From: Candidatus Kapaibacterium sp.
GTDB lineage: Bacteria; Bacteroidota; Ignavibacteria; Kapaibacteriales; UBA2268
Direction of reading: 5' to 3'
Assembly (NCBI GenBank): GCA_963664875.1
Contig: OY761611.1
Span: forward strand, 2,016,001 to 2,080,000
DNA: 64,000 nucleotides
The position numbers and the translations under genes are program-made. Under the pieces are notes generated by a model, which had not been told where the DNA came from, ran no database searches, and was given only the letters and a program-made list of their open reading frames with translations. Each line of letters begins with the position of its first letter. Position 1 is the stretch's first letter. Positions 41,991-52,489 of this stretch are shown piece after piece.

Positions 41991-42578
41991 ATGGAACATC
42001 CTTCGCTATATATTATATCAGGTTGCAACGGTGCTGGCAAAACTACTGCTTCTATTACGGTGTTGCCGGAGGTACTACAATGCAATGAATTTGTCAATGC
42101 TGACGAGATTGCCAAAATTATCTCACCTATGGATCCTCATGAGGCTCGCATTGAAGCCGGGCGGATAATGATTGACAAAATCAGCCAAAATCTTAAAGCT
42201 ATGACTACTTTTGCTTTTGAGACGACTCTTGCAACCAAGTGCTTTTCTAATGTTATAAGAGAGGCGCACTCACTTGGCTACCTTGTATCTTTGCTATATT
42301 TCTGGTTAGACTCACCGGAGCTGGCTATTGCAAGAGTAAAACAGCGAGTTGCCTCTGGCGGACATGACATACCGAACGATGTTATAAAAAGAAGATATTA
42401 TGCAGGTATCAAAAATTTGTTTAAATTATATATGCCTATTTGTGATTATTGGATGGTGTTTGATAATTCTTCTTCACATTCTGAGCAGATATGTGAAGGG
42501 CATTTAGCAAACAGACCGTCGATATTTAACGAGAATTTATTTGTCAAACTACGCAGGCTTTGCGAGAATGAAATGTGA
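41991..42578 (+). CDS. Zeta-toxin-like P-loop ATPase (COG4185-like)
   Basis: GCNGAGKTT, FVNADEIA, FAFETTL, RVKQRVASGGHDIP; start reassigned to ATG 41991. Confidence 0.88.
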   Translation: MEHPSLYIISGCNGAGKTTASITVLPEVLQCNEFVNADEIAKIISPMDPHEARIEAGRIMIDKISQNLKAMTTFAFETTLATKCFSNVIREAHSLGYLVSLLYFWLDSPELAIARVKQRVASGGHDIPNDVIKRRYYAGIKNLFKLYMPICDYWMVFDNSSSHSEQICEGHLANRPSIFNENLFVKLRRLCENEM

Positions 42579-42738
42579 TTGTTGTGATTTTCAGGAATTG
42601 AAACGCAAAATACTAAACGGCTTGAAACTATCTCACAAAAAGTTAGTTGAAGAAAAAATTACAACTAATGATAAAATTATAGTTTCCGAAGAAGGCAAAG
42701 TAGTTCACAAAGACCCAAAAACAATCAAAACCTCATAA
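42568..42738 (+). CDS. Small partner protein of the zeta-like ATPase
   Basis: Overlaps the ATPase stop; KILNGLKLSHKKLVEEK...IIVSEEGKVV. Confidence 0.6.
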   Translation: MKCDCCDFQELKRKILNGLKLSHKKLVEEKITTNDKIIVSEEGKVVHKDPKTIKTS

Positions 42739-42795
42739 CGAGCTTTCTGTCGGCTCAGTTGTTATTTCGACCTGTGTATATCCAAGTTAAGTCAA

Positions 42796-43620
42796 TTAAA
42801 AAAGATCTTCTACTTTGATTTCGAACATAGTATTCCAATATTTGCCTGTGATGTAGAAGGTTTTTGTGGTTTCGTCAAAAGCCACTCCGTTAAATGCCTC
42901 TGCGTCAGGGTTGTCTTTAAGAGTTTTTCTTAGTTCGCTGCAATCTATAATACCCTTCATTTCGTGCGAATTCAAATCAATAACAGCGATTACGTCCGAA
43001 GTATAGATATTAGCAAAGAGCAAATCACCTACTCTCTCTATTTCATTTAGTGCATTAACCGGCGAACCAAGGTAGTAAACAGCAGAAGTGTTTTTTACAG
43101 AAAAATCAGCAGGATTAACATAGCGCAGGTAATTAGAGCCGTCAGTCATAATAAGCGAATTGTCTTTAGCAAGGGTCAATCCCCAGCCTTCTCCGGGATA
43201 GGAATATTCTCTTTTCAGATTAAAACTATGCAAATCGAACACAAAACACTTTCCTTCTGTCCAAGTCAGCATAAAGATTTCGTTATTGAGTAAAGATATA
43301 CCTTCGCCAAAGTATTTGGCGTCTAATTCTTTTTTTTGCAGAACTTTGCCTGTTTCTTTGTCAACCTTTCTTAGCGAAGATTCCCCACGCTGACCTGTGG
43401 ATTCATATAAAAAACCATCATGCACAAAAAGCCCTTGAGTGTAAGCCATAGGGTCATGATGGAAAGAGCGAATAATCTCAAACTCGTATCTTTTAAGTTC
43501 CTGAGTTACTTCTTTTTTAGAATTATTTTGTGCGGAGCTGCTGTTTGTCATTTTGGACTCTGTTTTATTGGCACAAGCTGCAAAACAAGCACATAAACAT
43601 AGAATAAGAATATATTTCAT
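42796..43620 (-). CDS. Glutaminyl-peptide cyclotransferase (type I), lipoprotein
   Basis: AYTQGL, LYESTG, YFGEGI, LTW, EGWGL, LNEIE, FNGVA, ITGKYW; lipobox FAAC. Confidence 0.93.
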   Translation of the reverse strand: MKYILILCLCACFAACANKTESKMTNSSSAQNNSKKEVTQELKRYEFEIIRSFHHDPMAYTQGLFVHDGFLYESTGQRGESSLRKVDKETGKVLQKKELDAKYFGEGISLLNNEIFMLTWTEGKCFVFDLHSFNLKREYSYPGEGWGLTLAKDNSLIMTDGSNYLRYVNPADFSVKNTSAVYYLGSPVNALNEIERVGDLLFANIYTSDVIAVIDLNSHEMKGIIDCSELRKTLKDNPDAEAFNGVAFDETTKTFYITGKYWNTMFEIKVEDLF

Positions 43621-43922
43621 GATAGCCGGAAGCCATTATTAAATAAAACAAATTTATATCAAATATTCCACAGATAAAAGATATTTTACAAGTATAGGCT
43701 GTAAAAGAATATCGAGTTTGCAAATTCACTTCAGATTATAGAAAGTAGTCAAACTTTTCAGATATTTGTTTAGTCAATTTCGGAAGTCAGAAATAATTTC
43801 TCCAAAAAATGAAATTTGCTAAATATTATTGTGATTATGCCGTTTCTTAAAATAGTTGCTTGATATTACTATAATTTTTACTATATTTATTACGATTTTT
43901 TAAAATATATGATATAAAGACT

Positions 43923-44957
43923 ATGGCTGTTATGTACAAGATACTTGTGGTAGAGGATGAGCTTACCAATGCGATACTTCTAAAAAGAATATTGTCAAAA
44001 GCCAATTATTCTGTGGTAGTAGCAAATAACGGACAAGAGGCGATAGATCATCTCGGTAGAGAAAAATTTGACGCAGTATTGACCGACTGGATGATGCCGA
44101 AAATGGACGGCATTGAGTTAATTCGCCAAATGCGCGAAAAGATGGAGCAACTGCCTTACATTATTATGATTACTGCTCTGGTGTCCGAAGGTGCCCGCAC
44201 CTATGCTTTAGAATCAGGAGCAGATGATTACATCGCTAAACCAATTGATGTGCAGGAATTACTAACAAGACTGGAAGATGGACTTGCAAAGAATATGCAG
44301 GCTGCTCCTAAGCAAGCAGATACAACTGTTACACTTGACACAGACACACTGCCTCCTTTTGTCGGGGTTGTGATTGGAACATCTACGGGTGGGCCTCCTA
44401 CTTTGATAGAGCTATTCAAACACGTAGAAGCTAATACTAATGCTGCCTTTTTTATAGTGCAGCATGGTCCTGCGTGGATGCTAGAAACATTTTCGCAAAG
44501 ACTGCAAAAAGAGACTTCATTGCAGGTAAGGCTTGCCACTCACAATCAGGAAGCAGAAAAAGGGCATATCTACATTGCACCCGGTGATAAGCACATGAGA
44601 ATTGAAGCAAATACATTTAGAATCAAACTTGATGACGGCCCTAAAGAAAACTTCGTTCGCCCTGCTGCTGATGCTTTATTTAGAAGTGCAGCAAGTGCTT
44701 TCGGAAAATACACTGTTGCCGTAGTACTAACAGGTCTTGGTAGGGACGCCGCACAGGGAGCATCTCAAATTTCTTCGGTCAAAGGCACCATAATAGTACA
44801 AGATCCAACTACAGCAGTGGCACCTTCGATGCCGAATACTGTTATCGAATCCGGTGTGCCTCACCGCTTAGTAACTTTGAACGAATTAGGTAAAGCAGTT
44901 TCTGAAGCAGTATTCCCAATATCTGCTTCACTAAAAAAAGCAAAAGCAGGAAAATAA
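43923..44957 (+). CDS. cheB: Response regulator-CheB methylesterase fusion
   Basis: REC (DWMMP, ADDYIAKP) plus GTSTGGP, VQHGP, RPAAD, LTGLGRD, SMP. Confidence 0.88.
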   Translation: MAVMYKILVVEDELTNAILLKRILSKANYSVVVANNGQEAIDHLGREKFDAVLTDWMMPKMDGIELIRQMREKMEQLPYIIMITALVSEGARTYALESGADDYIAKPIDVQELLTRLEDGLAKNMQAAPKQADTTVTLDTDTLPPFVGVVIGTSTGGPPTLIELFKHVEANTNAAFFIVQHGPAWMLETFSQRLQKETSLQVRLATHNQEAEKGHIYIAPGDKHMRIEANTFRIKLDDGPKENFVRPAADALFRSAASAFGKYTVAVVLTGLGRDAAQGASQISSVKGTIIVQDPTTAVAPSMPNTVIESGVPHRLVTLNELGKAVSEAVFPISASLKKAKAGK

Positions 44958-44985
44958 AGTTTTATTTACTTTGATTATTATTTAT

Positions 44986-45028
44986 AAAACCGAGCAGAAC
45001 AGATTGTAATTATGCTCGGTTTTTTTTT
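44986..45028 (+). terminator. Intrinsic terminator
   Basis: AAAACCGAGCA...TGCTCGGTTTTTTTTT. Confidence 0.7.
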
Positions 45029-45141
45029 CGTAATTCAGAACATTTAGCTTACAGTACAACAGCTTTTCTCAATCTCCATTCTTTTGGAAATGCCGAATAA
45101 ATAGTTATATTGCATATAATATTTAGATGTGACTAAATCAA

Positions 45142-46470
45142 GTGATTGATATGACTACTTTATTTTTAGAGATATGGAGACTTTTTCTTGAAATGTCTCC
45201 TTATATGCTTTTTGGATTGTTTTTTGTGGGCATACTGCACCTTTACTTTACTAAAGATTTTGTGCTTAAGCATGTTGGTGATAGCAGTATAAAGTCAGTT
45301 TTCAAAGCAGCACTCTTTGGCATACCACTGCCTCTATGTTCTTGTGGGGTAATTCCTACTGCTGTTTACATGAAAAAAAACGGTGCTTCGAGTGCTTCTA
45401 CAAGTTCCTTTTTGATTTCTACTCCTCAGACAGGTATAGACTCCATAGTAGCAACCTATGGAATGATGGGAGGAATTTTTGCAATTTTCAGACCTTTTGC
45501 AGCTCTGATTATGGGTATAGTTGGTGGCGGTATTGTCTCTTTGTTTGACAAACCTGTAATAAAAACAGAGCAAACACCCCGGCAGAACAAAAATATGTTT
45601 ACTATTATCGGACAGACAGCGACTACTCAAACCAATTCACAAGATACCTGCGAAGACGGCACATGTGACTGTAGTAGCGAAAGCGACAGTGTTCCGACTT
45701 CAAAATTTGCTAAATTTGGCAAGTACGCTTTTATAGATTTTTTAGATGATATTTCTGTCCAATTTATTATTGGGGTGATCATCTCGGGTCTCATCTCTTA
45801 TTTTATACCGGATAATTTTTTTGACAGCGAAACTCTCAACAGCGGCATTGTAGGAATGTTGCTAATGATACTTGTTGGCATTCCTATGTATATATGTGCT
45901 ACAGCATCTATACCAATTGCAGTCGCTTTAATGATGAAAGGTTTTTCTCCGGGTGTAGCTTTTGTTTTCCTTGCAGTCGGACCTGCAACTAATGCTGCAA
46001 GTTTGACTATATTACTGAATACACTCGGTAAAAAAATAGTCTCAGTATATCTTGCCACTCTTATTATTATGTCCATAATTATGGGATATTTGCTTGATTT
46101 TATATTTAGCTTCTCGGGAAGCTCTCCTGAAATGATAGCAATGCACCACACTCATGATTTGCTTAGCGATAACTGGAAGCTTATTTCAGGCATCGTTTTT
46201 GGCGTGCTTCTACTTCTTTCTGTTTATAGAAAATATATCGGTGTGCATCTCAGGAAAGAGAAACCGATTGCAGATTTGGAACTAACTGTTACCGGTATGT
46301 CCTGTAATCATTGCAAAAACAATGTAGAATCTGCACTTAAGCAGCTAAAAGGTGTAGAAAGTGTATCTGTAAATCTATCGAATCAAAAAGTTATAATCAA
46401 AGGCAATACAGACAGAGCTTTAGTTATTAAGACTATAGAGAAAGTCGGTTATAAAGTGATACAAAAATGA
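45142..46470 (+). CDS. SO_0444/ArsP-type metal permease with C-terminal HMA domain
   Basis: PLPLCSCGVIP, STPQTGIDS, PMYICATAS, GPATN; GMSCNHC. Confidence 0.9.
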   Translation: MIDMTTLFLEIWRLFLEMSPYMLFGLFFVGILHLYFTKDFVLKHVGDSSIKSVFKAALFGIPLPLCSCGVIPTAVYMKKNGASSASTSSFLISTPQTGIDSIVATYGMMGGIFAIFRPFAALIMGIVGGGIVSLFDKPVIKTEQTPRQNKNMFTIIGQTATTQTNSQDTCEDGTCDCSSESDSVPTSKFAKFGKYAFIDFLDDISVQFIIGVIISGLISYFIPDNFFDSETLNSGIVGMLLMILVGIPMYICATASIPIAVALMMKGFSPGVAFVFLAVGPATNAASLTILLNTLGKKIVSVYLATLIIMSIIMGYLLDFIFSFSGSSPEMIAMHHTHDLLSDNWKLISGIVFGVLLLLSVYRKYIGVHLRKEKPIADLELTVTGMSCNHCKNNVESALKQLKGVESVSVNLSNQKVIIKGNTDRALVIKTIEKVGYKVIQK

Positions 46471-46733
46471 CGCAAATTAAGTTTTCTTCTATAGGTTGTT
46501 TATCGAGCATCTTAAAGTATTTCAATATTAGTCTGCTTAAAGGCAATTAGGGATTGAGAGATAAATCCAATCATAAAACTTTTATTAAATCTATTGCAAA
46601 TTCTACTCGATTTTTGCAGTTCATAATACTTAACTGTTTTATTTGCAAATATATGCTTATCTTTATATAGTTTACACATAGTGAATGTTATGTTAACTTG
46701 AAAGATTGTTAAATTATATAATAGTGATTTGCC

Positions 46734-48242
46734 ATGTCCCAAAAGCCGTTAAGACTTTTTTTGAATGGTGTAGAAAAAGTGGGGAATATGCTTCCACATC
46801 CTGCCACCTTGTTTGGTGTTTTTGCACTTTCTGTAGTTATTTTATCAGGAGTTTTTGCTTACTTTGGTCTCCAGGCAACTGATCCTGTAACCGGTGAGGT
46901 TTACAATGCAATCAATCTGATGAATAAGGAAGGCTTGCATAATATCTTATTAAAAATGGTAACTAATTTTACCTCATTTGCTCCATTAGGTATAGTAATT
47001 GTAGCCATGTTAGGTATTGGCTTAGCTGATGATTCAGGTTTGATAGCCGTACTTATCAGAGGTTTAGTTATCTATTCACCAATGAAACTACTGACCTTTA
47101 TCATAGTATTTGCCGGAATCATGTCTAATTTAGCATCGAGTGTCGGTTATGTGTTGCTTGTGCCTCTGGCAGGTACAATCTTTATGGCAGTCGGTAGGCA
47201 TCCGATAGCCGGTATGGCAGCAGGTTTCGCAGGTGTTTCGGGAGGATACTCTGCTAATCTCATATTAGGTACAATCGATCCATTACTTGCAGGGCTTTCG
47301 CAGGAAGCTGCAAGAATCGTAGATCCTTCGTATGTGGTTAACCCCACTTCCAATTATTACTTCATGGTAGCTTCAACATTCCTTGTTGCTCTCATCGGAA
47401 CATGGGTAACAGAAAAGATTGTTGTCCCTCGCCTTGGTAAATTTAATACAGATGGTCATGAGCAGGAAAAAATAGAACATCTGACTACACAGGAGAAAAA
47501 GGGACTTCTCCGTTGTGCTATTCTGTTTTTTGCCTTTGTGCTTTTGATTGCAATAGGTATAGTTCCTGAACATGGCATTCTGCGTGGAATGGATGGCAGT
47601 ATTTTGTCTTCTCCGTTGTTGGAAGGAGTTGTAGCGGTGTTGTTTGTAGTAGCAGGTCTAATGGGTATTATTTACGGTTTTAGCATTGGCAAATACAAAA
47701 ACGACAGCGATATTATGAAGGGAATGACTGACTCTATGAAATCACTTGGAGCTTACCTTGTCCTAGTGTTTTTCGCAGCTCAGTTTGTTCAATATTTCAA
47801 CTGGAGCAATCTCGGAATAATTATAGCTATTAAAGGTGCAAATTTCATACAAAGCATGGATTTGGGATTGTTCCCGTTAGTAATTATGTTCTTGCTGTTT
47901 TCGAGCATGATTAATTTGGTTATGGGCAGTGCTTCTGCAAAGTGGGCTTTGTTAGCTCCTATTTTTGTACCTATGTTTATGTACTTGGGGTACACACCTG
48001 AGCTCACTCAGGTAGTTTATAGGATAGGTGACAGCACGACTAATATTATCAGTCCAATGATGAGCTTTTTCGCTTTGATTATAGTATATTTTCAGAAGTA
48101 TGATAAAAATGCCGGAATAGGAACCTTGGTAGCCACAATGCTTCCCTACACTATGATGTTCCTAATAGGCTGGGGCATATTTTTGCTGCTGTGGTTGTGG
48201 CTTGGCATTCCTTTAGGCCCGGGAGCCGGAGTACATCTATAA
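46734..48242 (+). CDS. abgT: AbgT family transporter
   Basis: GNMLPHPATLF, NFTSFAPLG, GVSGGYSAN, SASAKW, YRIGDSTTN. Confidence 0.93.
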   Translation: MSQKPLRLFLNGVEKVGNMLPHPATLFGVFALSVVILSGVFAYFGLQATDPVTGEVYNAINLMNKEGLHNILLKMVTNFTSFAPLGIVIVAMLGIGLADDSGLIAVLIRGLVIYSPMKLLTFIIVFAGIMSNLASSVGYVLLVPLAGTIFMAVGRHPIAGMAAGFAGVSGGYSANLILGTIDPLLAGLSQEAARIVDPSYVVNPTSNYYFMVASTFLVALIGTWVTEKIVVPRLGKFNTDGHEQEKIEHLTTQEKKGLLRCAILFFAFVLLIAIGIVPEHGILRGMDGSILSSPLLEGVVAVLFVVAGLMGIIYGFSIGKYKNDSDIMKGMTDSMKSLGAYLVLVFFAAQFVQYFNWSNLGIIIAIKGANFIQSMDLGLFPLVIMFLLFSSMINLVMGSASAKWALLAPIFVPMFMYLGYTPELTQVVYRIGDSTTNIISPMMSFFALIIVYFQKYDKNAGIGTLVATMLPYTMMFLIGWGIFLLLWLWLGIPLGPGAGVHL

Positions 48243-48280
48243 GCATATTCCCATAGCATAATTGGATTTGAATAATATAA

Positions 48281-49159
48281 TTACTCTTCACTGCTATTAA
48301 AAATATAACGACTGAGCTCGGCTGAAAGCAATAATATCAGTGAGGAGTAATAAATCCATAATGCAAACGACACAATGATTGCATAAGTTCCGTAAAATCT
48401 ACCATAATTACTAACGCTGCTGATGTACCATGCAAAAATATTTCTACCCAATTCGATACTGACAACACTGATTCCGGTAGCAAGCAGTCTGACTTTGCGG
48501 GGAAGTTTCCTATTCGGGACTGACCTTAGGATAAAATAGAAAAGCATAGCAGTAGATAGAAGCGGTACGAATATTTTTAACAAGTCAGAAAGTGCTAAGT
48601 CTATATACACAGAAAGATTATTAATATTGGTTTCAAGTATTTCGATTGCAATAAGAACAATCGGCACAACATAAGAATAAACCAAGATCAGCACAGTCAA
48701 TATTACAGTCAAAAGTATATCCTTCACTCTGTAGAAAAAATAAACTCTTGGCGAAGGAATTTCAAAAACAGCATTCAAGCCTGTCCTGAGAGAACTTATT
48801 AAAGTAGAAGAAATCCACAGCAAAGCTGCAAACCCTATGTACCCAAATACGGAACTGTATTCGATGATATTATTGACTTCAATTATTACTTCATGCAGGA
48901 TAGTTTCTGTTGAGGCTGTAGGAGGCAATAGCTCCTTGAGTAGAGCTGTAAGAGTTGTCTGAAAGTTTGCCGGTTCCACAAATAGGTTAACTATATACAA
49001 AACAACAAGAAAAAGCGGTATCAGATAAAGCAAAATATTAAATGCAATCCCACCTGCAATCATAAATAAGTGATGCGACTCCACTCTATCGACAAAAGTA
49101 TCAATATACTTATAAATTTTGCTGGTTTTCGGATGCCGCTCTAAAAATTTATCTATCAT
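48281..49159 (-). CDS. YihY/BrkB family membrane protein
   Basis: AGGIAF..LL.LIP, YGRFYGTYAIIVSFALWIYYSS.ILL. Confidence 0.9.
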   Translation of the reverse strand: MIDKFLERHPKTSKIYKYIDTFVDRVESHHLFMIAGGIAFNILLYLIPLFLVVLYIVNLFVEPANFQTTLTALLKELLPPTASTETILHEVIIEVNNIIEYSSVFGYIGFAALLWISSTLISSLRTGLNAVFEIPSPRVYFFYRVKDILLTVILTVLILVYSYVVPIVLIAIEILETNINNLSVYIDLALSDLLKIFVPLLSTAMLFYFILRSVPNRKLPRKVRLLATGISVVSIELGRNIFAWYISSVSNYGRFYGTYAIIVSFALWIYYSSLILLLSAELSRYIFNSSEE

Positions 49160-49251
49160 TATCTTTTTTGCTTACTGAAACTTACGCTTTGTTTTGGTAT
49201 ATTTGAAAAATACGCAATTTGAATAAGAAATAATATACAATTTTTACCAAA

Positions 49252-50931
49252 ATGAACTATAAAAATCTCATAGCTATACTATCTGCATCGTTTATTATTT
49301 TTGCTTGTGCTAATATTAAAGATCCTTCAGGCGGGCCGGGAATAGTTGCACCACCGGTGATAGAAGAGTATTCTCCTGCAATGAATACTATCAACTTTAG
49401 CGGTGATGCAATCGAACTGGAATTTAGCGAATACATGAAGAAATCTGACGTGCAAGAGAATGTATTCATTAATCCTGCTGCGAAAATGGCTTTCGATTGG
49501 AGCGGCACAAGTTTGACGGTTGAGTTTCCTGACGGCTTAGATTCCAATACTACTTATTCATTTCAGCTTGGTACGAGCTACACTGACCACTATGGAAACA
49601 AGCCTTCTCAATCATTTTCACTTGTTTTTTCAACAGGGAGCGTATTAGATTCAGGAAAAATTGTTGGAAGACTCTTCGACAGCAAACCCGAAGGTAATTT
49701 TATCTATGCCTATAATCTTGGAGAATATGCAGAAGACACTTTGGATATTCGGGCAATTAAGCCTAAATACCGTACTCAGCTTGGCACAAACGGGAATTTC
49801 AAATTGAATGCATTGAAACCGGGCAGATATAGGCTATTTGTTGTCTCTGATGAATTTAAGGATAACAAATATACGGAAGGTATAGATAAATATTCTTCAG
49901 CTCCTGCTGATGTTGAAGAAAGAGATTCTATAGTACCGTTTGTTTCATTAAGAATCGGGAATGCTATAGACCTAACTCCCCCTGCTTTGCTGGATGCTGA
50001 GGCTGTACACGAAAAAATGTTTGTTGCTCGATTTAGCGAGACTATCGACACTTCTAATCTATCTCCGGATTCGTTCATAATCAGAAATGAGAATAATGAC
50101 TTTAGGAAAATTACAGGTATAATTGCCTCGCAAGAAGATGCAAGCAAGTGGTATTTGAGGATTGATATGCCAATAGATACTAATACTACATGGAATTTAT
50201 ACGCTAATAATGGATCAATTCTTAAGGATTCCACCGGAAACAATATGCAGGATAGTTCTGCTTTTTGTAGGCTTTTTGCCTCCGAACAGCCCGATACAAA
50301 CAATATTATTCTAAGAGCATTTAATTTGAAAGACTCTACTGAAAATATACTTATGACCCATTATCCGACTTTGAGCATGAGTGATGTTTTTTCTGTTTTG
50401 GACTCTTCGGCTATCGAATTTATCAGAATGGAAGATGCCACGGCTATTAATTTTACGCCCACTATTAAAGGAGCGGATTTAATAATTATTCCGGGGGCTG
50501 ACTACCTAAGCAATAAGTGGTATAAACTCAAGATAGATTTGAATAAAATATTGTGCCTCAATGGCACCAAACCAAAAGATACTGTGATTACAGTTCGATA
50601 TAAAACAGAAGATGTGAGAAATTATGTAAAGTGTTCCGGAAAAGTCAATCTACTTCCTGAGACAGATAGACTTGTAGTTGTTATGAAAGACTCCAAAGGT
50701 CTCAGCTATTACTCAACTGTTTGTGCTGACAGCACTTGGGAAGTAGAAAATCTAAGTGAGGGTGAATACTCATTTGAGGCATTTATTGACGCTAACGGAA
50801 ACGGACAGTATGACTATGGCACAGCTTTTCCATTTAGCTTTTCTGAGAAATTCTATTTGATAAATAAGAAAGTTACCCTCAAAAAAAGATGGGATACAGA
50901 AGACGTAATGTTGATTTTAGAAGAAATGTAA
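49252..50931 (+). CDS. Ig-like (Big_5) domain lipoprotein
   Basis: FACANIKDPSGGP, LEFSEY, LDSNTTY, FSTGSVLDSG. Confidence 0.82.
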   Translation: MNYKNLIAILSASFIIFACANIKDPSGGPGIVAPPVIEEYSPAMNTINFSGDAIELEFSEYMKKSDVQENVFINPAAKMAFDWSGTSLTVEFPDGLDSNTTYSFQLGTSYTDHYGNKPSQSFSLVFSTGSVLDSGKIVGRLFDSKPEGNFIYAYNLGEYAEDTLDIRAIKPKYRTQLGTNGNFKLNALKPGRYRLFVVSDEFKDNKYTEGIDKYSSAPADVEERDSIVPFVSLRIGNAIDLTPPALLDAEAVHEKMFVARFSETIDTSNLSPDSFIIRNENNDFRKITGIIASQEDASKWYLRIDMPIDTNTTWNLYANNGSILKDSTGNNMQDSSAFCRLFASEQPDTNNIILRAFNLKDSTENILMTHYPTLSMSDVFSVLDSSAIEFIRMEDATAINFTPTIKGADLIIIPGADYLSNKWYKLKIDLNKILCLNGTKPKDTVITVRYKTEDVRNYVKCSGKVNLLPETDRLVVVMKDSKGLSYYSTVCADSTWEVENLSEGEYSFEAFIDANGNGQYDYGTAFPFSFSEKFYLINKKVTLKKRWDTEDVMLILEEM

Positions 50932-50938
50932 AAATCAA

Positions 50939-51532
50939 TTATGGAAGAAATTTACAATCTGCTACGAGTGCCTTTTTCAAGCGGTTCATGTAGTCGCTTC
51001 TTGTAATTTCTATAGCCCCGAGACTATAAGTGTGATGATTGATATATTGAGAATCAAGCAGCTTGAATTTATTTTTTCGCAAAATTCTAATTAGCTCATA
51101 GAAAGCAGCTTTTGAAGTGTTAGTTTCATAGTTAAACATAGATTCCCCAAAGAAAGCACCTCCGATGCAAACACCATACAAACCGCCAAGTAGCTTGCCG
51201 TTTTCCCATGTCTCTACAGAGTGAGATAATCCAAGTCGATTGAGCTCGCAAAAGGAATCAATGATTTCGTCATTTATCCAAGTTTCATCTCGTTCTGCAC
51301 AAGCTCTGATTACTTCTTCGAAAGAATAATTTATTCTGTATTCGAAATTCCGCTTAGAGATAAACTGTTTCATGGAACGGGACATTTCTGCAGTATCAAT
51401 AGGGATAACTGCCCGAGGGTCGGGGGAATGCCAATAAATCTCCCCATAGCGAGATTCCGCCATAGGGAAAAAGCCCTCTTTATAAGCATGTATCAATATT
51501 TCCGGTCCGAAGTATTCTCTACTCACAGTCAA
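50939..51532 (-). CDS. aat: Leucyl/phenylalanyl-tRNA--protein transferase
   Basis: AYKEGFFPM, PDPRAVI, HSVETW, GGLYGVCIGGAFFGESMF. Confidence 0.96.
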   Translation of the reverse strand: MTVSREYFGPEILIHAYKEGFFPMAESRYGEIYWHSPDPRAVIPIDTAEMSRSMKQFISKRNFEYRINYSFEEVIRACAERDETWINDEIIDSFCELNRLGLSHSVETWENGKLLGGLYGVCIGGAFFGESMFNYETNTSKAAFYELIRILRKNKFKLLDSQYINHHTYSLGAIEITRSDYMNRLKKALVADCKFLP

Positions 51533-51567
51533 CTATCCCGAATCACAAATCTACAAAATTGCAATAT

Positions 51568-51597
51568 AAAAAAAAGGTCGGCATATACCGACCTTTA
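51568..51597 (-). terminator. Intrinsic terminator of the transaldolase gene
   Basis: AAAAAAAGGTCGGCATATACCGACCTTT. Confidence 0.75.
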
Positions 51598-51613
51598 CTT
51601 AAGTAAAAATTGG

Positions 51614-52288
51614 TTACACATTCATAACTTTCTGACGTTCGGTCTGCATTTTGTCGTAATCGTTCAAAAATTGTTGCAATCCTGTGTCAGTTAGCGGATG
51701 TTTTAGAGACTGCATAAGTACATTATAAGGCACAGTTGCAATATCAGCACCGGCTTTTGCAGCATCAATCATGTGCATTGGGTGCCTTATAGAAGCAGCA
51801 ATAATTTGAGAAGAAATACCGTGAACATTCCAGATTTCACAAACTTCTTCGATTACCTGTTTACTGCTGATTGCTATGTCGTCTAATCTACCCATAAATA
51901 CAGATACATAAGTTGCACCTGCATTTGCAGCAGCCAAAGCTTGAGTGGCATTAAATATCAAAGTTACATTTGTAGGAATATCTCTTTTAGATAATTCTTT
52001 AACTGCAGCAAGGCCGTTTGGAATGATAGGAATTTTGATGGTAGCATCAGGGAACCAAGATAGTATTTCATCTGCTTCTCTTAGCATTCCATCAGTTTCA
52101 GTAGAAATCACTTCAACAGATAAGTGCCCACCAACAAGCTCGTGTATTTCCAAAATTCTTTTTTTGATATCAACATTAGGGTCTTCTTTTGCCAGCAAGG
52201 ACGGGTTAGTAGTAACCCCTGAAATAAAGCCTAAACGGGCAGCTTCTCTAATGTGCTGTATATTGGCGGTATCTACATACAATTCCAT
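51614..52288 (-). CDS. tal: Transaldolase (short TalC/FSA family)
   Basis: DTAN, GVTTNPS, IKIP, NVTLIF, AASIR; Glu in SVEV and Phe in SVFMGR favour transaldolase over F6P aldolase. Confidence 0.88.
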   Translation of the reverse strand: MELYVDTANIQHIREAARLGFISGVTTNPSLLAKEDPNVDIKKRILEIHELVGGHLSVEVISTETDGMLREADEILSWFPDATIKIPIIPNGLAAVKELSKRDIPTNVTLIFNATQALAAANAGATYVSVFMGRLDDIAISSKQVIEEVCEIWNVHGISSQIIAASIRHPMHMIDAAKAGADIATVPYNVLMQSLKHPLTDTGLQQFLNDYDKMQTERQKVMNV

Positions 52289-52489
52289 AATTTACTCCGG
52301 TTTTTAGTTATTAGGACTAAAACAAATTTACGGCTTTATTAGCTTTTTCCCTAATCCTTTTGGCATTTTTTATATATCAGAAAAAAGGGACTTGGATAGA
52401 TTGAAGAGCAAGATTAGACTCCGCATAAAATAAAGACAATATTTCGTGTATGTTATTTTAGAGAGTGAATCTGATAGGCATTTGGATAT

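Noticed and set aside
41822-42088. ORF MRQALRQIGHKQYELTDHLG as a real gene
   Set aside because: Only 24 codons are Rhs stub; the rest overlaps the ATPase in another frame
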